A stretch of DNA of 64,000 nucleotides from a virus: positions 19,354-83,353 of the IMG/VR virus record IMGVR_UViG_3300034105_001195. One strand, given 5' to 3'. Shown piece after piece: positions 39,795-50,167 of the stretch (position 1 is the stretch's first letter; each line of letters opens with the position of its first letter). A program made the translations under genes and the position numbers. The notes beneath the pieces were generated by a model. The model made no database searches. It was not told the DNA's origin and was given only the letters and a program-made list of their open reading frames with translations.

Positions 39795-41186
39795 TTATAC
39801 CCTAGCTGCGTATGAAGGTACTGCTACCTGAGATTGTGTTTGTGAGATTAAGTAATATTGTCCAGCATCTAGGTAGTGTGCATATGAAGTGGCACTTCCT
39901 GGATTATTTGCAACAGATAGAACCTGTGTTGGTGCCCAGTACTGTGGTGTTTCTACAGGGGCAGGAAGGAATCCAGTAGCAATATATGTTGCCTTTGAAT
40001 ACTTACGATCAAATTGGTCATATAGGTACAATGCATCTTCTGTATATGTGCGACCATTCATATGACCTAGTGTGTCAAATGCCTTTGTTGCTGACTTAAA
40101 GTTCTTAATAGTAGTATATGTATTTGTTGCTGGATTATAGTATCCAAACCAGTAATCGAATGTAGATTCAGTTCCCTTATCTACCGCCGTCTTTCTTTCT
40201 CCTGAGATATAAACCTTGCCCTCATATGAGAACACAAATGTGCGGTCATAAGAGTTAGAAGGCTCTCCTGGCATCTTAGCAATAGCAGACCAAGTATTAG
40301 TTGATCCAGTCCACTTGTATGCAAGGTTTCCAAAATAATGTGTTGTAGGAACGTTTGATGTTTCTAGATAATGTGTTCCAAATGTGTAGACGTTTCCATC
40401 TCCTGGAGCGGCCATAAGAATATTCATTGTATTCAAAGCATCTGGGTAATTAGACTTTGCTGTCTGAGTAAATGATGCTGTAGCCATATCCTTTTGGATA
40501 AAGGTTGTATACATAGTCTGATTATGAGTTTGAACTCCGCCTGCTGAATTATATTGTCCTCCGCCTGCTATGTACATCTTGTTATTAGTATAGTCAAAGG
40601 CAAATGATGCACCTTTGTAGTTATTTGAATAAAGATCGACTGCTGCCATTGTTGTAGCATTTACGATCTTGCCTGCATAATATGCATCTGTGGCAACATT
40701 ATATGTTGGATAAGACCAGACATAATCTGTTCCGCCAATATTTCTACAAGTTAAGGCATTAGTAAGTTGTACTGTTGGAGTTGTAGGAATTGTTGGGGTT
40801 GGTGTAGTATTTGTATTTGAAATCAATCCTGAAGATATTACGGCATTTGAATTTGTTGGCCAGTTGATGTACTGGTTATCTGAAACAAAAACAATCTTGG
40901 CCCAAGACTTGCTTGGGTTAAAGTTCCATGTTGTAGTAAATGAAGGGCTAACAAAAGATGAGTCGATTACATTTCCATCGCCATCTAGAATATTTATATA
41001 AGTAACATTAGTTGGAGCACCGTTAGTAAAATCAAGGCTGTATAGACCACCATTGACAAGCATGCCTACGTTTAGAATAAATATACGCTGCTTTGTTACT
41101 GCTGATGCTGATGGTGCTTTGAACGTCAAGTTACCGCCTAGGGCGGGCAAGGAGTTCTTAGATACCAAATCTAGTGTTACTGCCAT
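39795..41186 (-). CDS. Virion protein with a kelch-like beta-propeller
   Basis: NKMYIAGG, GNVYTFG, TNTWSAIAKMP, GKVYISG, YNPATNTY. Confidence 0.65.
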   Translation of the reverse strand: MAVTLDLVSKNSLPALGGNLTFKAPSASAVTKQRIFILNVGMLVNGGLYSLDFTNGAPTNVTYINILDGDGNVIDSSFVSPSFTTTWNFNPSKSWAKIVFVSDNQYINWPTNSNAVISSGLISNTNTTPTPTIPTTPTVQLTNALTCRNIGGTDYVWSYPTYNVATDAYYAGKIVNATTMAAVDLYSNNYKGASFAFDYTNNKMYIAGGGQYNSAGGVQTHNQTMYTTFIQKDMATASFTQTAKSNYPDALNTMNILMAAPGDGNVYTFGTHYLETSNVPTTHYFGNLAYKWTGSTNTWSAIAKMPGEPSNSYDRTFVFSYEGKVYISGERKTAVDKGTESTFDYWFGYYNPATNTYTTIKNFKSATKAFDTLGHMNGRTYTEDALYLYDQFDRKYSKATYIATGFLPAPVETPQYWAPTQVLSVANNPGSATSYAHYLDAGQYYLISQTQSQVAVPSYAARV

Positions 41187-41198
41187 TTTTTACTCCTT

Positions 41199-41486
41199 TT
41201 ATCTATCTGTCCAGCTTAAAGTGCTCTCATCCCAAAATTTTGCAATTGGATTTGGATTTGGGCCTTCAGGAGATTCCCAAATAAAGTCTGAGTTTAAAAC
41301 CCATGACTCGTAAGGCTTTGCTGATAAAAACTTGTTTATCTCTGCGTCGTATGTCATACCAATAGCGGCAACAGATGTGTCTTCTGTAACTTTTACAAAG
41401 AACTCTGAAATAGAGTTTATCTTGTCGTCGTCACAAATAATTATATTTTCAACTTTATTATTATTTAATATTGCATAAGTACTCAT
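41199..41486 (-). CDS. Small fibre-associated protein
   Basis: KPYESWVLNSDFIWESPEGPNP. Confidence 0.7.
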   Translation of the reverse strand: MSTYAILNNNKVENIIICDDDKINSISEFFVKVTEDTSVAAIGMTYDAEINKFLSAKPYESWVLNSDFIWESPEGPNPNPIAKFWDESTLSWTDR

Positions 41487-42607
41487 ATTGTAAATGACCT
41501 CACAACTACTACCCCATTTGTTCCACCAAGACCAAGTGTACTTGATGTTGGGTGTCCGTTTGATGTTCCTTGACCACCAGAGCCATAGTGAACAGAATAT
41601 CCATTATATCCAGAAACCCCATGTGATCCATTTGGAGTAGATCCATATCCGCCTCCGCCATACATTGCTGTTTGTCCTGAAAGAGTTGAAACAAATCCAG
41701 CTCCACCCCGACCGTCGTTTCCAGCTGTACCGTCGCCAACTGCTCCGCCGCCGCCTCCGCCTCTTGAGCCAGTTGAGTTTCCAGAGTGACCCTGACCTCC
41801 AGATCTTCCTCCTTCAAAACCTAAAGAGCCAGAAACATCTAATCCCATAGAAGCTGTTTGAACAACTCCACCAGGATTTGTTGGAGCGCTTGCGCCTGCA
41901 CAACCTCCTCCAGAGTTTCCTCCAGATCTTCCTGCACGATTATTCCAGCCTCCGCCGCCTCCGCCGCCTAGTGCAAAAATGTTTCCGAAATAAGTTTTTG
42001 CTCCATCAAACCCAGGCTCAACTGCTGCAGGATTTGCTGAAGCGCCTGCGCCAATCTGAACTGATGTTGGTGAAGCACCATTCATTCCATAAAGCATAAC
42101 GACATTGCCTCCGCCTCCGCCTCCGCCTCCGCCGTGGGCATCTCCATGACCTGCTCCTGAGCCTCCGCCTCCGCCAACTAGAATAACATTGACGAGATCT
42201 AGAGCTCCTGTAGGTCTAGTATAAGAACCAGAAGTTGTAATAATTTGTGGTGTTGCAGTAACTGCTGTTGAATAAGGATAAGAAGGAAGGCCAGCAGAAA
42301 AAACTGATGTCGGCTTTACTTTTATCTTAAAAAGTGAAACTAAATCTCCAGTTGCAGAAACTATATTAATACTAGTAAAAGAATGTGCTACGTTAACCAT
42401 TTTATTAAGTGGAACACCTGTTGTTGTTGATCCAACAAAATATGCGTAACCAGTTTCTTGATTTGATGAATACACTCCGTAGTATCCCGCTGTACCACCT
42501 TGTGCCCAAGTTCTATTAAATGTCTCCATATATATGGATCCAACAAATGTCATATTTGGCATTCCGCCGCCGCCGCCTGATGCGGGAACTGTATTAAACC
42601 CTGGCAT
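41483..42607 (-). CDS. Glycine-rich fibre protein
   Basis: NVILVGGGG...GVVVVRS. Confidence 0.75.
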   Translation of the reverse strand: MPGFNTVPASGGGGGMPNMTFVGSIYMETFNRTWAQGGTAGYYGVYSSNQETGYAYFVGSTTTGVPLNKMVNVAHSFTSINIVSATGDLVSLFKIKVKPTSVFSAGLPSYPYSTAVTATPQIITTSGSYTRPTGALDLVNVILVGGGGGSGAGHGDAHGGGGGGGGGNVVMLYGMNGASPTSVQIGAGASANPAAVEPGFDGAKTYFGNIFALGGGGGGGWNNRAGRSGGNSGGGCAGASAPTNPGGVVQTASMGLDVSGSLGFEGGRSGGQGHSGNSTGSRGGGGGGAVGDGTAGNDGRGGAGFVSTLSGQTAMYGGGGYGSTPNGSHGVSGYNGYSVHYGSGGQGTSNGHPTSSTLGLGGTNGVVVVRSFTI

Positions 42608-42942
42608 TATGCATCTACCTCCGAACCAAATAGATTAAACGCTATTGCTGTTGATGCTCCATAAACTTCTACGATATCTCCTGTACCTAGGGTCATTGAA
42701 AGTTGAAGGGCTTGTGATACTCCGCCAGCTGCTGCTGTATCATATACAAGAATTTGCTTGTTGTCTGCGGCTGCTCCTGCTACTCTTACTCTTACTCTAT
42801 ATAGAATATCGTCTGATGTAAGGTTAGCTACTGTTAGTGATGAACAGATAGCCTGCTTTCCTGAAGGAACAGCGTAAATCTGTGTGTATGTTGCGTTTGC
42901 TGATGGAACTACTTGTCCCAGTACCTTGTAATTAATTGCCAT
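42607..42942 (-). CDS. Small virion protein
   Basis: YKVLGQV.P...FNLFGSEV. Confidence 0.7.
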   Translation of the reverse strand: MAINYKVLGQVVPSANATYTQIYAVPSGKQAICSSLTVANLTSDDILYRVRVRVAGAAADNKQILVYDTAAAGGVSQALQLSMTLGTGDIVEVYGASTAIAFNLFGSEVDA

Positions 42943-42943
42943 T

Positions 42944-43312
42944 TTATATCATGCTCCCTATGAATAGTACGTTAAAACTTGTTGACGCTGAATTTATTTG
43001 ATTCATTGTCGTTGTACCTAATGTTGTAATATTGCTAATTGCTGTTGCTCTTTCTGCTACTACGTCTGCCACCGCTCCGACTCGTGCAGTTTCCATCGAT
43101 GCAAGAGAGGCAACTTTCTTTGTTTCAAGATCTGCAATTTTATCTGCAGTTGCTGTAACAATGTCATTTACGCCAAGCATTCCACCTAATGTGTCTAATG
43201 CTGATGCTAAATAAACTAAATCCTGTGCGCTATAAGTTGTGTGACCAATTGATGCTGCAATCTCAGATTTAATAGCGGTAATTTCTGTGGCTAACGAGGT
43301 ATAGTCTGGCAT
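42944..43312 (-). CDS. Helical virion protein
   Basis: 122 aa; paralog of 38613..38978. Confidence 0.7.
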   Translation of the reverse strand: MPDYTSLATEITAIKSEIAASIGHTTYSAQDLVYLASALDTLGGMLGVNDIVTATADKIADLETKKVASLASMETARVGAVADVVAERATAISNITTLGTTTMNQINSASTSFNVLFIGSMI

Positions 43313-43313
43313 T

Positions 43314-43541
43314 TTACATTGTCTCCATTCTGTTCATCCTTAAAGCCATAGCAACTTTTTCATAAGTTTTCTGCCAACCGCTTTTGGTGTATTGCTCAAG
43401 TGTATCATGAGTTGTATTAAAATACAGGTCTCCAATACTAGCATTTTGTGGTCTTTCTTGTACTGTGCCTACTGGTATTGTTGCTCCCCCGCCCCCGCCT
43501 GCGAGAGCTACTGATGCTGAAGCTGCTTTACGAATTCCCAT
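43314..43541 (-). CDS. Small fibre module protein
   Basis: GTVQERP...GDLYFNTT motif. Confidence 0.65.
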   Translation of the reverse strand: MGIRKAASASVALAGGGGGATIPVGTVQERPQNASIGDLYFNTTHDTLEQYTKSGWQKTYEKVAMALRMNRMETM

Positions 43542-43840
43542 TAAAGTTCTACCCCCGATATGTGAAAGTTTACAGAAGTTGAAGATGCAAAACCTTTTAT
43601 AGTTTGCGTGGTAGAAAGAACTGTCTTGGTATCCATAACAAGGGTATCGTTTGCGCCAACTGTTACTCCAGAAAGGTATGCAACGTCATTAAATAAAATT
43701 GAGGCGGTAATTGCTACAGCAGTTGTATTGGTAATTGAAATATTAGTTACTATATTAGTCTTGCTTGCTGGAACAGTATATAGCGTTGCTGAGGAAGTGG
43801 CTGCTGCTGCCCTTACAAATTGTTTTGCTACATTTGCCAT
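43541..43840 (-). CDS. Small virion protein
   Basis: TLYTVPA...NFHISGVE; related to the 110-aa paralogs. Confidence 0.7.
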   Translation of the reverse strand: MANVAKQFVRAAAATSSATLYTVPASKTNIVTNISITNTTAVAITASILFNDVAYLSGVTVGANDTLVMDTKTVLSTTQTIKGFASSTSVNFHISGVEL

Positions 43841-43848
43841 ATTATCTC

Positions 43849-44622
43849 CTAGTACGCTCCCATTATTATACCAATTTCTGTGTCATAAACAGAGTTTGTG
43901 ATATTAGTAATAAAATTAGCATCGTCGCCTACGGCTGCTGCTAATTCATTTAGGGTATTCAGCACTGCTGGAGCCCCATCAATTATATTTCCTAGCTGGG
44001 AGATAGGAACATTTCCAGTTGCATCTAGCGTTGCTATTCCATCTGGGTTACCGACCAAAGAATCTGGCACATAAGTTTCTGCGGCGGTTGAGGAGAGCGC
44101 TGAGACTGCATTATCTACATATGTCTGAGATGCAATTAATGCGGTATTTACTGATATTGCTTTTGTAGTTGTATTGTAAGAAAGACCTGATCCTACTGCA
44201 TTTCCAACGGCATCTTTTGCATTTGTATCGGTATAAGGGTTTACCCATGTAACTGCATAGTCTGCGTTTGAAGATTTAGCTGCAATCTGACCAGTGGTTC
44301 CGCCTGCTGCTACTCCTGGACCAACAGGTCCGACGGGGCCAAAAGATATTTCTACCCAGAATGTTCCATCATAAGTATAGAAGTGAGGATCAACGTTGTT
44401 GTACCAAAGATCACCCTCTTTAGGAGAAGGTGTTGTTGGTGCTGTAGTTCCTATTGATACCGCAGATCCTGATGAACCTGCTCCAACTTCAATCCAACCA
44501 GTATTAGTATAAACTCTTACTTTGTTAGTAACGCTATTTAAATATAGGTCACCGATTCTTGGATTTGCTGGGTCAGTCGCTAAACTGACTGTATTTAAGG
44601 AGACTAATCTTTTTACAGACAT
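43849..44622 (-). CDS. Modular fibre protein
   Basis: GDLYLN, GDLWYN, GGTTGQI.AK.S..DY and APAVLNTLNELAAA modules. Confidence 0.7.
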   Translation of the reverse strand: MSVKRLVSLNTVSLATDPANPRIGDLYLNSVTNKVRVYTNTGWIEVGAGSSGSAVSIGTTAPTTPSPKEGDLWYNNVDPHFYTYDGTFWVEISFGPVGPVGPGVAAGGTTGQIAAKSSNADYAVTWVNPYTDTNAKDAVGNAVGSGLSYNTTTKAISVNTALIASQTYVDNAVSALSSTAAETYVPDSLVGNPDGIATLDATGNVPISQLGNIIDGAPAVLNTLNELAAAVGDDANFITNITNSVYDTEIGIIMGAY

Positions 44623-44632
44623 TTATCTCTCC

Positions 44633-46273
44633 TTAACCAGTGATTACGACTCTGTATGCTCCAGCGGTTGGTGCGGCTGCAAATGTTAATGTTACCACGT
44701 TAACTGATGTATGGTCAACATCTACTTCAACTTCTCCATATGGAGCAGAGTTTGCATATACTGCTACTGTTACATCCCGTGTTCCGAGATTGTGTGTTGC
44801 TGTGAATGTATATGGTGCAACTTCTGTTGTTGTGATATCAGACTTCCACTTACGCACAATCTCATGATAGTTAGTTCCATCATTTGTAAGTGTCCATTGA
44901 TCATTTGTCTCATTCCATAGAACTTCTACGTCAGCAGCTGCTCCACGCTCTACTCTAATACCAGCATCTACTGTTGGATTTCCAGTAAAGTCGGTGTTAA
45001 GGTTAATCTTGTTATCAACAATATTTACCTGAGTGGTATTTACTGAGTTAATTGTTCCAGTTACGTTTAAGTTACCGCCAACTGTAAGGTTGTTAGTAAT
45101 TGTTACGTCATCTGGCAAACCAATTGTAATTGCTGCTGTTTCTCCACCTGAACCAGCTACTGTAATCTCATTTGCTGTTCCAGCAACTGTTGAGATATAA
45201 GCTCCAGTTGTGTCATCTCCGAGGGCTACGGAGTTTGGCTGGATTGTCGTTGAGATATTGATACTTGCTAGGTTTGTTACTGTAGCTGTACCAACTACAT
45301 CTCCAGAAAGTTGTACATCAAAGTCGGCAACATCAAAGTTTAGCTTTGCTGCTGTGTCATCATATGTAACTACGATTCCATTTTCAGTGTTTGGTGCGAC
45401 AATCATGTCTCCAACAATGTCTTGTACTCGCTCAGCGTTTAATGTTATATTTCCTGCTGTGGCTGTAAAGTCTGTTGAATCAAAAGAAGCAATACCCTTG
45501 TTTGATGAGGTTGCGTCTTCTCCAGTTACCGTAATTGATGTTCCAGTGTGTGTTACATCTACGCCTTCTCCACCGAGAATTGAAATTCCGTGGGCTGAAG
45601 GGGTAAGAGCTCCAGTATCAGTTGTAATTGTCTTAACAACTGTATCTTCTAGTTCTACATGTCCTTCTGTTGTATTAAAGTCATCTGTGTTAAAAGATGC
45701 AATACCCTTATTAGTGGTAGAAGCGTCTTCTCCTGCTACTGTAATTGTATGAAGAGTTCCATCTGTTGCATAAGTGGTGTCAATTCCTTCTCCACCAACA
45801 AATTTTACTGTGTCTGTTAAAAGGTCAAGCTTATATCCACCATGTGCATTATCTGCACCAAGATCTAGCTGTGTTGCAAGAGCTACTGTTCCCGCTGCAG
45901 TCAAGCGACCTTGTGCGTCAACTGTAAATGTTGGAATAGCTGTTGATGACCCATATGAACCAGGTGTTACCGCTGTGTCATTAAGTCTAAGAGTTGTTGT
46001 TCCTGCTGTATCGTTGTATGTAGATGTTAACGCTGTGCCAGCAAGTACGGATGCTCCAATAATATCTTGAACAACTTCTGTTGATCCAGACATTGGCATC
46101 CATGGGCCATCTGGTGCAGACAGTCCATTGTAGTAGTACATCGTTGAGTTTGATGTGTCGTAATAAATTTGTCCAGATACTGGGCTAGATGGTGCTGCAC
46201 CCAAGTTCTGAATTCTAGCGTTTAGGAGCTCATTTTTATTGAGATCGACGCTGACTAAAAATTTTCTTGCCAT
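44633..46273 (-). CDS. Fibre/virion structural protein
   Basis: 546 aa; DLNKNELLNARIQNL, GSYGSST.IPTFTVDAQGRLTAA, duplicated GEDA...NKGIASF, THNLGTRDV. Confidence 0.75.
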   Translation of the reverse strand: MARKFLVSVDLNKNELLNARIQNLGAAPSSPVSGQIYYDTSNSTMYYYNGLSAPDGPWMPMSGSTEVVQDIIGASVLAGTALTSTYNDTAGTTTLRLNDTAVTPGSYGSSTAIPTFTVDAQGRLTAAGTVALATQLDLGADNAHGGYKLDLLTDTVKFVGGEGIDTTYATDGTLHTITVAGEDASTTNKGIASFNTDDFNTTEGHVELEDTVVKTITTDTGALTPSAHGISILGGEGVDVTHTGTSITVTGEDATSSNKGIASFDSTDFTATAGNITLNAERVQDIVGDMIVAPNTENGIVVTYDDTAAKLNFDVADFDVQLSGDVVGTATVTNLASINISTTIQPNSVALGDDTTGAYISTVAGTANEITVAGSGGETAAITIGLPDDVTITNNLTVGGNLNVTGTINSVNTTQVNIVDNKINLNTDFTGNPTVDAGIRVERGAAADVEVLWNETNDQWTLTNDGTNYHEIVRKWKSDITTTEVAPYTFTATHNLGTRDVTVAVYANSAPYGEVEVDVDHTSVNVVTLTFAAAPTAGAYRVVITG

Positions 46274-46285
46274 TTTCTTTCTCCC

Positions 46286-46723
46286 TTATGACAGATGTGC
46301 TGTCCCTGAAAACGGTTGTGCCATAGTCAGTGTTATTTGATTAATACTATTATAGTCTATTCCTGTTTCTAATATGTCGCCTGCGCTAGATTTAACTGTT
46401 ACGTTTGGGCTAAAACCTAGATTGTGATTAATTACTACCTGATAGACTCCATTTACTGGACCTGTTACTTGAGATAGCTCCCATGTATGCGTTAGTGCTA
46501 TTTGCTTATCTAGTATAAAGCTTTGGGCTCTATTCCAAGTATTAGTCTGAGAAGCTTTTGGCCCCCAGAATCTTGTTGTTGTTGTATCAAAGTAAAAATC
46601 CCCAGGTACTCCTAGGGTATTGGCTGGATCTCCCGTTCCGCTGATAATTGTACGACCTGGTGCTCCAGATGCTCTTACTACAACGAGTGGGTTATTTTCG
46701 GTTACTATTAAGCGTGTTGCCAT
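46286..46723 (-). CDS. Virion structural protein
   Basis: GDFYFDT...GPK; INHNLGF.PNVTV. Confidence 0.65.
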   Translation of the reverse strand: MATRLIVTENNPLVVVRASGAPGRTIISGTGDPANTLGVPGDFYFDTTTTRFWGPKASQTNTWNRAQSFILDKQIALTHTWELSQVTGPVNGVYQVVINHNLGFSPNVTVKSSAGDILETGIDYNSINQITLTMAQPFSGTAHLS

Positions 46724-47067
46724 TATATTGTCACTGACCTACTTAAGGTCATGTACCCTTCTAGCAATCTTGTCTTGTTAACGCTTGGGTCTATTAGAAC
46801 TAGATCGTATGCTGATTTTGGATAAAACATTTTATTTGTTCTGTCTGCTGATATTGAAATTTGAAGCTTACCTAGGGTTGGGTTAATTACTATACCGTCA
46901 TTTTCTACAAGGGTGAATGCTAATTTTTTTCCGCCTTGTGTATCTCTTACTTGAAGTTTTGCGGTGTGAAAATGTAATTGAATTGGCACCTGGTCTTCAT
47001 CAAGATACTGAACCTCAAATGTAAAGGTTGTATTTTGATCTACTTCGAAATTTTTTTGCGCTGCCAC
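46723..47067 (-). CDS. Virion adaptor protein (BppU-N-like)
   Basis: VDQNTTF...AKLQVR...YDLVL...RLLEG. Confidence 0.6.
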   Translation of the reverse strand: MAAQKNFEVDQNTTFTFEVQYLDEDQVPIQLHFHTAKLQVRDTQGGKKLAFTLVENDGIVINPTLGKLQISISADRTNKMFYPKSAYDLVLIDPSVNKTRLLEGYMTLSRSVTI

Positions 47068-47138
47068 ATTTACCCCTAAATTAGAAAAGCCCTTATGGAT
47101 ATTTTACCATAAGGGCACTCCTAATCGATATTAAATTT

Positions 47139-47363
47139 TTACTTCTTTGTAAAGCCAAATGCTGGCTCGTTAGAATTAAGTGCTTTTAGAATAACTGGCA
47201 GACATGCTGCGATTCCGCCCTTGAGTAAGTCTCCTGGGTCAGTGTTTCCAGTCATGTAAAGAGCGATAGCTGCACCCAAAAAGTGACGACCATAGCTTGC
47301 CAACGCTGCGAGATATTTCTCTTGCATAGTTACTTTCCCATCATTGTTTAGATCTTGTTTCAT
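47139..47363 (-). CDS. Putative holin-like membrane protein
   Basis: 74 aa with two hydrophobic segments, a basic C-terminus and an N-terminal DLNNDGKV loop. Confidence 0.5.
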   Translation of the reverse strand: MKQDLNNDGKVTMQEKYLAALASYGRHFLGAAIALYMTGNTDPGDLLKGGIAACLPVILKALNSNEPAFGFTKK

Positions 47364-47431
47364 TAGATCCTCCTATTTCTGGGCCGTGTGCCCAGGAATT
47401 TGGGTTTTACCCCAATTACATTGTACTACTT

Positions 47432-49366
47432 TTAACTAGAAATGTCTACTAGCTCACAATTTCCGTCTGAACTGCAGGCAAGGGTAGCATTAGTAGATGT
47501 GCCATCTTCTGTCTCGTAGAAAGATAAATCTTCCCAACGAATATCCTTTGGCATTCTTGCAACAAGTGCATCGTATTCTGCTTTGTCTACTTCTTGGTAA
47601 GGTGCTTGCTTGTATGAGTGATCTGAATGCGGCAAGAATGAAATTCCAGATACCTCATCAAAATTCTTATATACCCAAGCTCCTACATCCATCCATTCGT
47701 CTTCCTTTACAGAAACCGTAATTGATGGCTTATGCTCACACCATGCACGTTGGTAAACCAACCAAATGTTTAGGTGCTCAATAGCAGTAAGATCATTTCT
47801 AACAATTGCACCCTCTGGTGCCTTTACTGGGAATGAGAATACGTATGTATCGTTTGGCTTCATTACATCATCTTCTACTGGAATCCCCACCTCTTTAAGG
47901 AAGGTAGAAATTGGATCTCCCTTTGAACCACGAACAGTTCTAATATAATATGGAGAATGCCAAGCATGCATTCCTGAAGATACCCCGACCAATTGAGATA
48001 CTGTTCCAGAAGGCTTTACACAAGTAATAGCGGCAGACTCAGGAATCCCAATTTTCCCAGCCTCTTCTTTATTCTTTGCTCTTGCTGCTTCTCTAAGAGT
48101 CATCAAGAATGACTCTAGTGCAACCAAATCTTGTTTGCCTGACATAAACTTATGCCCAAACTGTCCAGTCAAAGAAACTCCTAGCAGGCGTTCCTCTTCT
48201 GTGTTATCTTTCCAAATCTTACGTAGATACTTAAAGTCTGTAAGAGTAGACTGCCAGGTTCCAAGAATAGTTGCTAGTTCTACTTTGCGTTCGATATCTT
48301 TCTTTGTATCATTTTCACGTAGTACGACTTCTGAAAGATTACAAAACTGGTAAGGACGTAAAATAATCTCTGAGCACGGGTTAGTTCCGTAGTGTATATC
48401 TGGATCTCTTCTTCCATACTTGGCTGCTTGGGCTTGAGCTGCGGCCACATTGTATATACCTCGTTCTCCTGATTTTGAATCATATAGAGATTTCCATTCT
48501 GCAATAAACTGCTCCATCTCTGGCTTGCGTGAATACGCAACAGAGTTATTAGACAGGGCACGTTGTGGGCTTGCTTCCCACCAGTTACCTGACTTTGCCT
48601 GTGCCATTTCAATATCATTAATATTAGAAAGAGAAATCATTGCTGAGCGACGAACTCCTCCAACAACAACTACTTCACCAATCTTGCACATAATGTCGTG
48701 GCATTCGATTGGCTTTAGGTTTCTTCCTGTAGCATTCTTAAACTTTGCAATTGTAAAATCAAACAAGTTAATAAGTGGCTGTGGGCCTGAAGATCTTCCA
48801 CCCATTGTCTTAAGTCTTGCTCCTGCTGGTCTTACCTTAGAAACATCAATTGCTGGAATCTGTCCAGACCAAAGTAGTGCTAGTAACTCACGGTATGCTT
48901 TAGCCCAACCCTGTTTTGAGTCTTCTACTGTAATAACCGTAGTTGACTTTTCTAAAGTTTCTGGAACGGCAGGAAGTTTATTGATGTACTTATACTCAAC
49001 AGAGAATCCTACACCTGTACCGCACATAAGGATATACATGGTTTCATCAAATGAACGTGGGGAATCAACTGGTAAGAAAGCACAGTTATATCCAGCTACA
49101 TTATCTCTTTCCAATGCGGCTCCTGAAGTCATAACAGAACGCATTGATGGCATAACATTTCGTTCAAATACGAACTCTTTTAATTCCGCAACAAGCTTCT
49201 CATTTGGAATATAATTATGGTTCTTTTCTAGATGGCCAAGCATAAAGTTAAAATATCTATCTACTGTTTCGCCCCAAGTCTCACGGCGATTATCTTCTGA
49301 TATCCATCTTGCATATCTTGATAACGCAATGAAATTTTCGTACGGGTTTGCAATAGTCTTAGACAT
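47432..49366 (-). CDS. nrdJ: Class II (adenosylcobalamin-dependent) ribonucleotide reductase
   Basis: 644 aa; RRETW.ETV.R, YNCAF, VVVGGVRRSA, GTNPCSEI, TCVKPSGTVSQL and a C-terminal Cys pair (ACSSDGNC). Confidence 0.92.
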   Translation of the reverse strand: MSKTIANPYENFIALSRYARWISEDNRRETWGETVDRYFNFMLGHLEKNHNYIPNEKLVAELKEFVFERNVMPSMRSVMTSGAALERDNVAGYNCAFLPVDSPRSFDETMYILMCGTGVGFSVEYKYINKLPAVPETLEKSTTVITVEDSKQGWAKAYRELLALLWSGQIPAIDVSKVRPAGARLKTMGGRSSGPQPLINLFDFTIAKFKNATGRNLKPIECHDIMCKIGEVVVVGGVRRSAMISLSNINDIEMAQAKSGNWWEASPQRALSNNSVAYSRKPEMEQFIAEWKSLYDSKSGERGIYNVAAAQAQAAKYGRRDPDIHYGTNPCSEIILRPYQFCNLSEVVLRENDTKKDIERKVELATILGTWQSTLTDFKYLRKIWKDNTEEERLLGVSLTGQFGHKFMSGKQDLVALESFLMTLREAARAKNKEEAGKIGIPESAAITCVKPSGTVSQLVGVSSGMHAWHSPYYIRTVRGSKGDPISTFLKEVGIPVEDDVMKPNDTYVFSFPVKAPEGAIVRNDLTAIEHLNIWLVYQRAWCEHKPSITVSVKEDEWMDVGAWVYKNFDEVSGISFLPHSDHSYKQAPYQEVDKAEYDALVARMPKDIRWEDLSFYETEDGTSTNATLACSSDGNCELVDISS

Positions 49367-49594
49367 TTTATAATACCTTTTTCTCCGCCTAGCGGTTAAG
49401 TTAAATTTAGTGTGAAGATCCTATTCTACCAAACAACTATTCATATGGGAAGCAGTAAAAAATATTTATAGTCTTTATTTTAAAATATTATTGGTCAACT
49501 ATACACTTATACTTGATACTTATCCTGGTTGACTGGCTTGACAGGTTTATAGAATTAATGTTATGCTTAGAGTTCGTTATCTCTAGAGGAGGAA

Positions 49595-50155
49595 ATGCCA
49601 ATGGAGAAAGTAAAACAACGTTTGAGCGAAGTTGCCAATAGTTGGTCGTATATAGTAGTAATAGTATTATTTCTATTTACGGTTCAGCCAGGACCAACAG
49701 CGACTCAAGCTTTGCAGGTAGAAACACCTGTGAAATCAACAGTACAACTAAAGAAAGAAACCTTAGAGAAGTACAGCAATACTGTATACAAGCCTTCTGA
49801 GACGCTAACAGACGAAGAACTAAAAGAACTTCTATCAGCTGTTGGTTTTGAAGGAAAAGCCCTTAAACAGGCTTGGGCTATTGTTAAGGCAGAGTCTAAC
49901 GCAAGACCTATGGCTTACAATGGTAACAGGAAAACTGGAGACAGTTCCTACGGAATTTTTCAGATTAATATGTTGGGTGAACTCGGCATTGATCGTAAAG
50001 AAAAATTTGATCTAAAGTCAAACATTTTATTGTTTGACCCAGTAATAAACGCAGAGATAACGTATTACATGACTAAAGGCGGCACTGATTGGTCATCGTG
50101 GTCTTCCCTAAATGGGGCAAGGCACAAAGAGTTCCTAGCGGAATTCAAACATTAG
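49595..50155 (+). CDS. Lysozyme-like/SLT lytic transglycosylase with an N-terminal signal anchor
   Basis: Hydrophobic N-terminus; AIVKAES, SYGIFQIN, LFDPVINA, DWSSW. Confidence 0.8.
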   Translation: MPMEKVKQRLSEVANSWSYIVVIVLFLFTVQPGPTATQALQVETPVKSTVQLKKETLEKYSNTVYKPSETLTDEELKELLSAVGFEGKALKQAWAIVKAESNARPMAYNGNRKTGDSSYGIFQINMLGELGIDRKEKFDLKSNILLFDPVINAEITYYMTKGGTDWSSWSSLNGARHKEFLAEFKH

Positions 50156-50167
50156 AAAGGAAGGTAC

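Noticed and set aside
459-49214. Many plus-strand ORFs over the structural module and RNR (e.g. 14781..15557, 48450..49214)
   Set aside because: They are antisense shadows of well-supported minus-strand genes, with no recognisable motifs.
47432-49366. Intron or intein in the ribonucleotide reductase
   Set aside because: The ORF is a continuous 644 aa with contiguous motifs and no splicing signatures.
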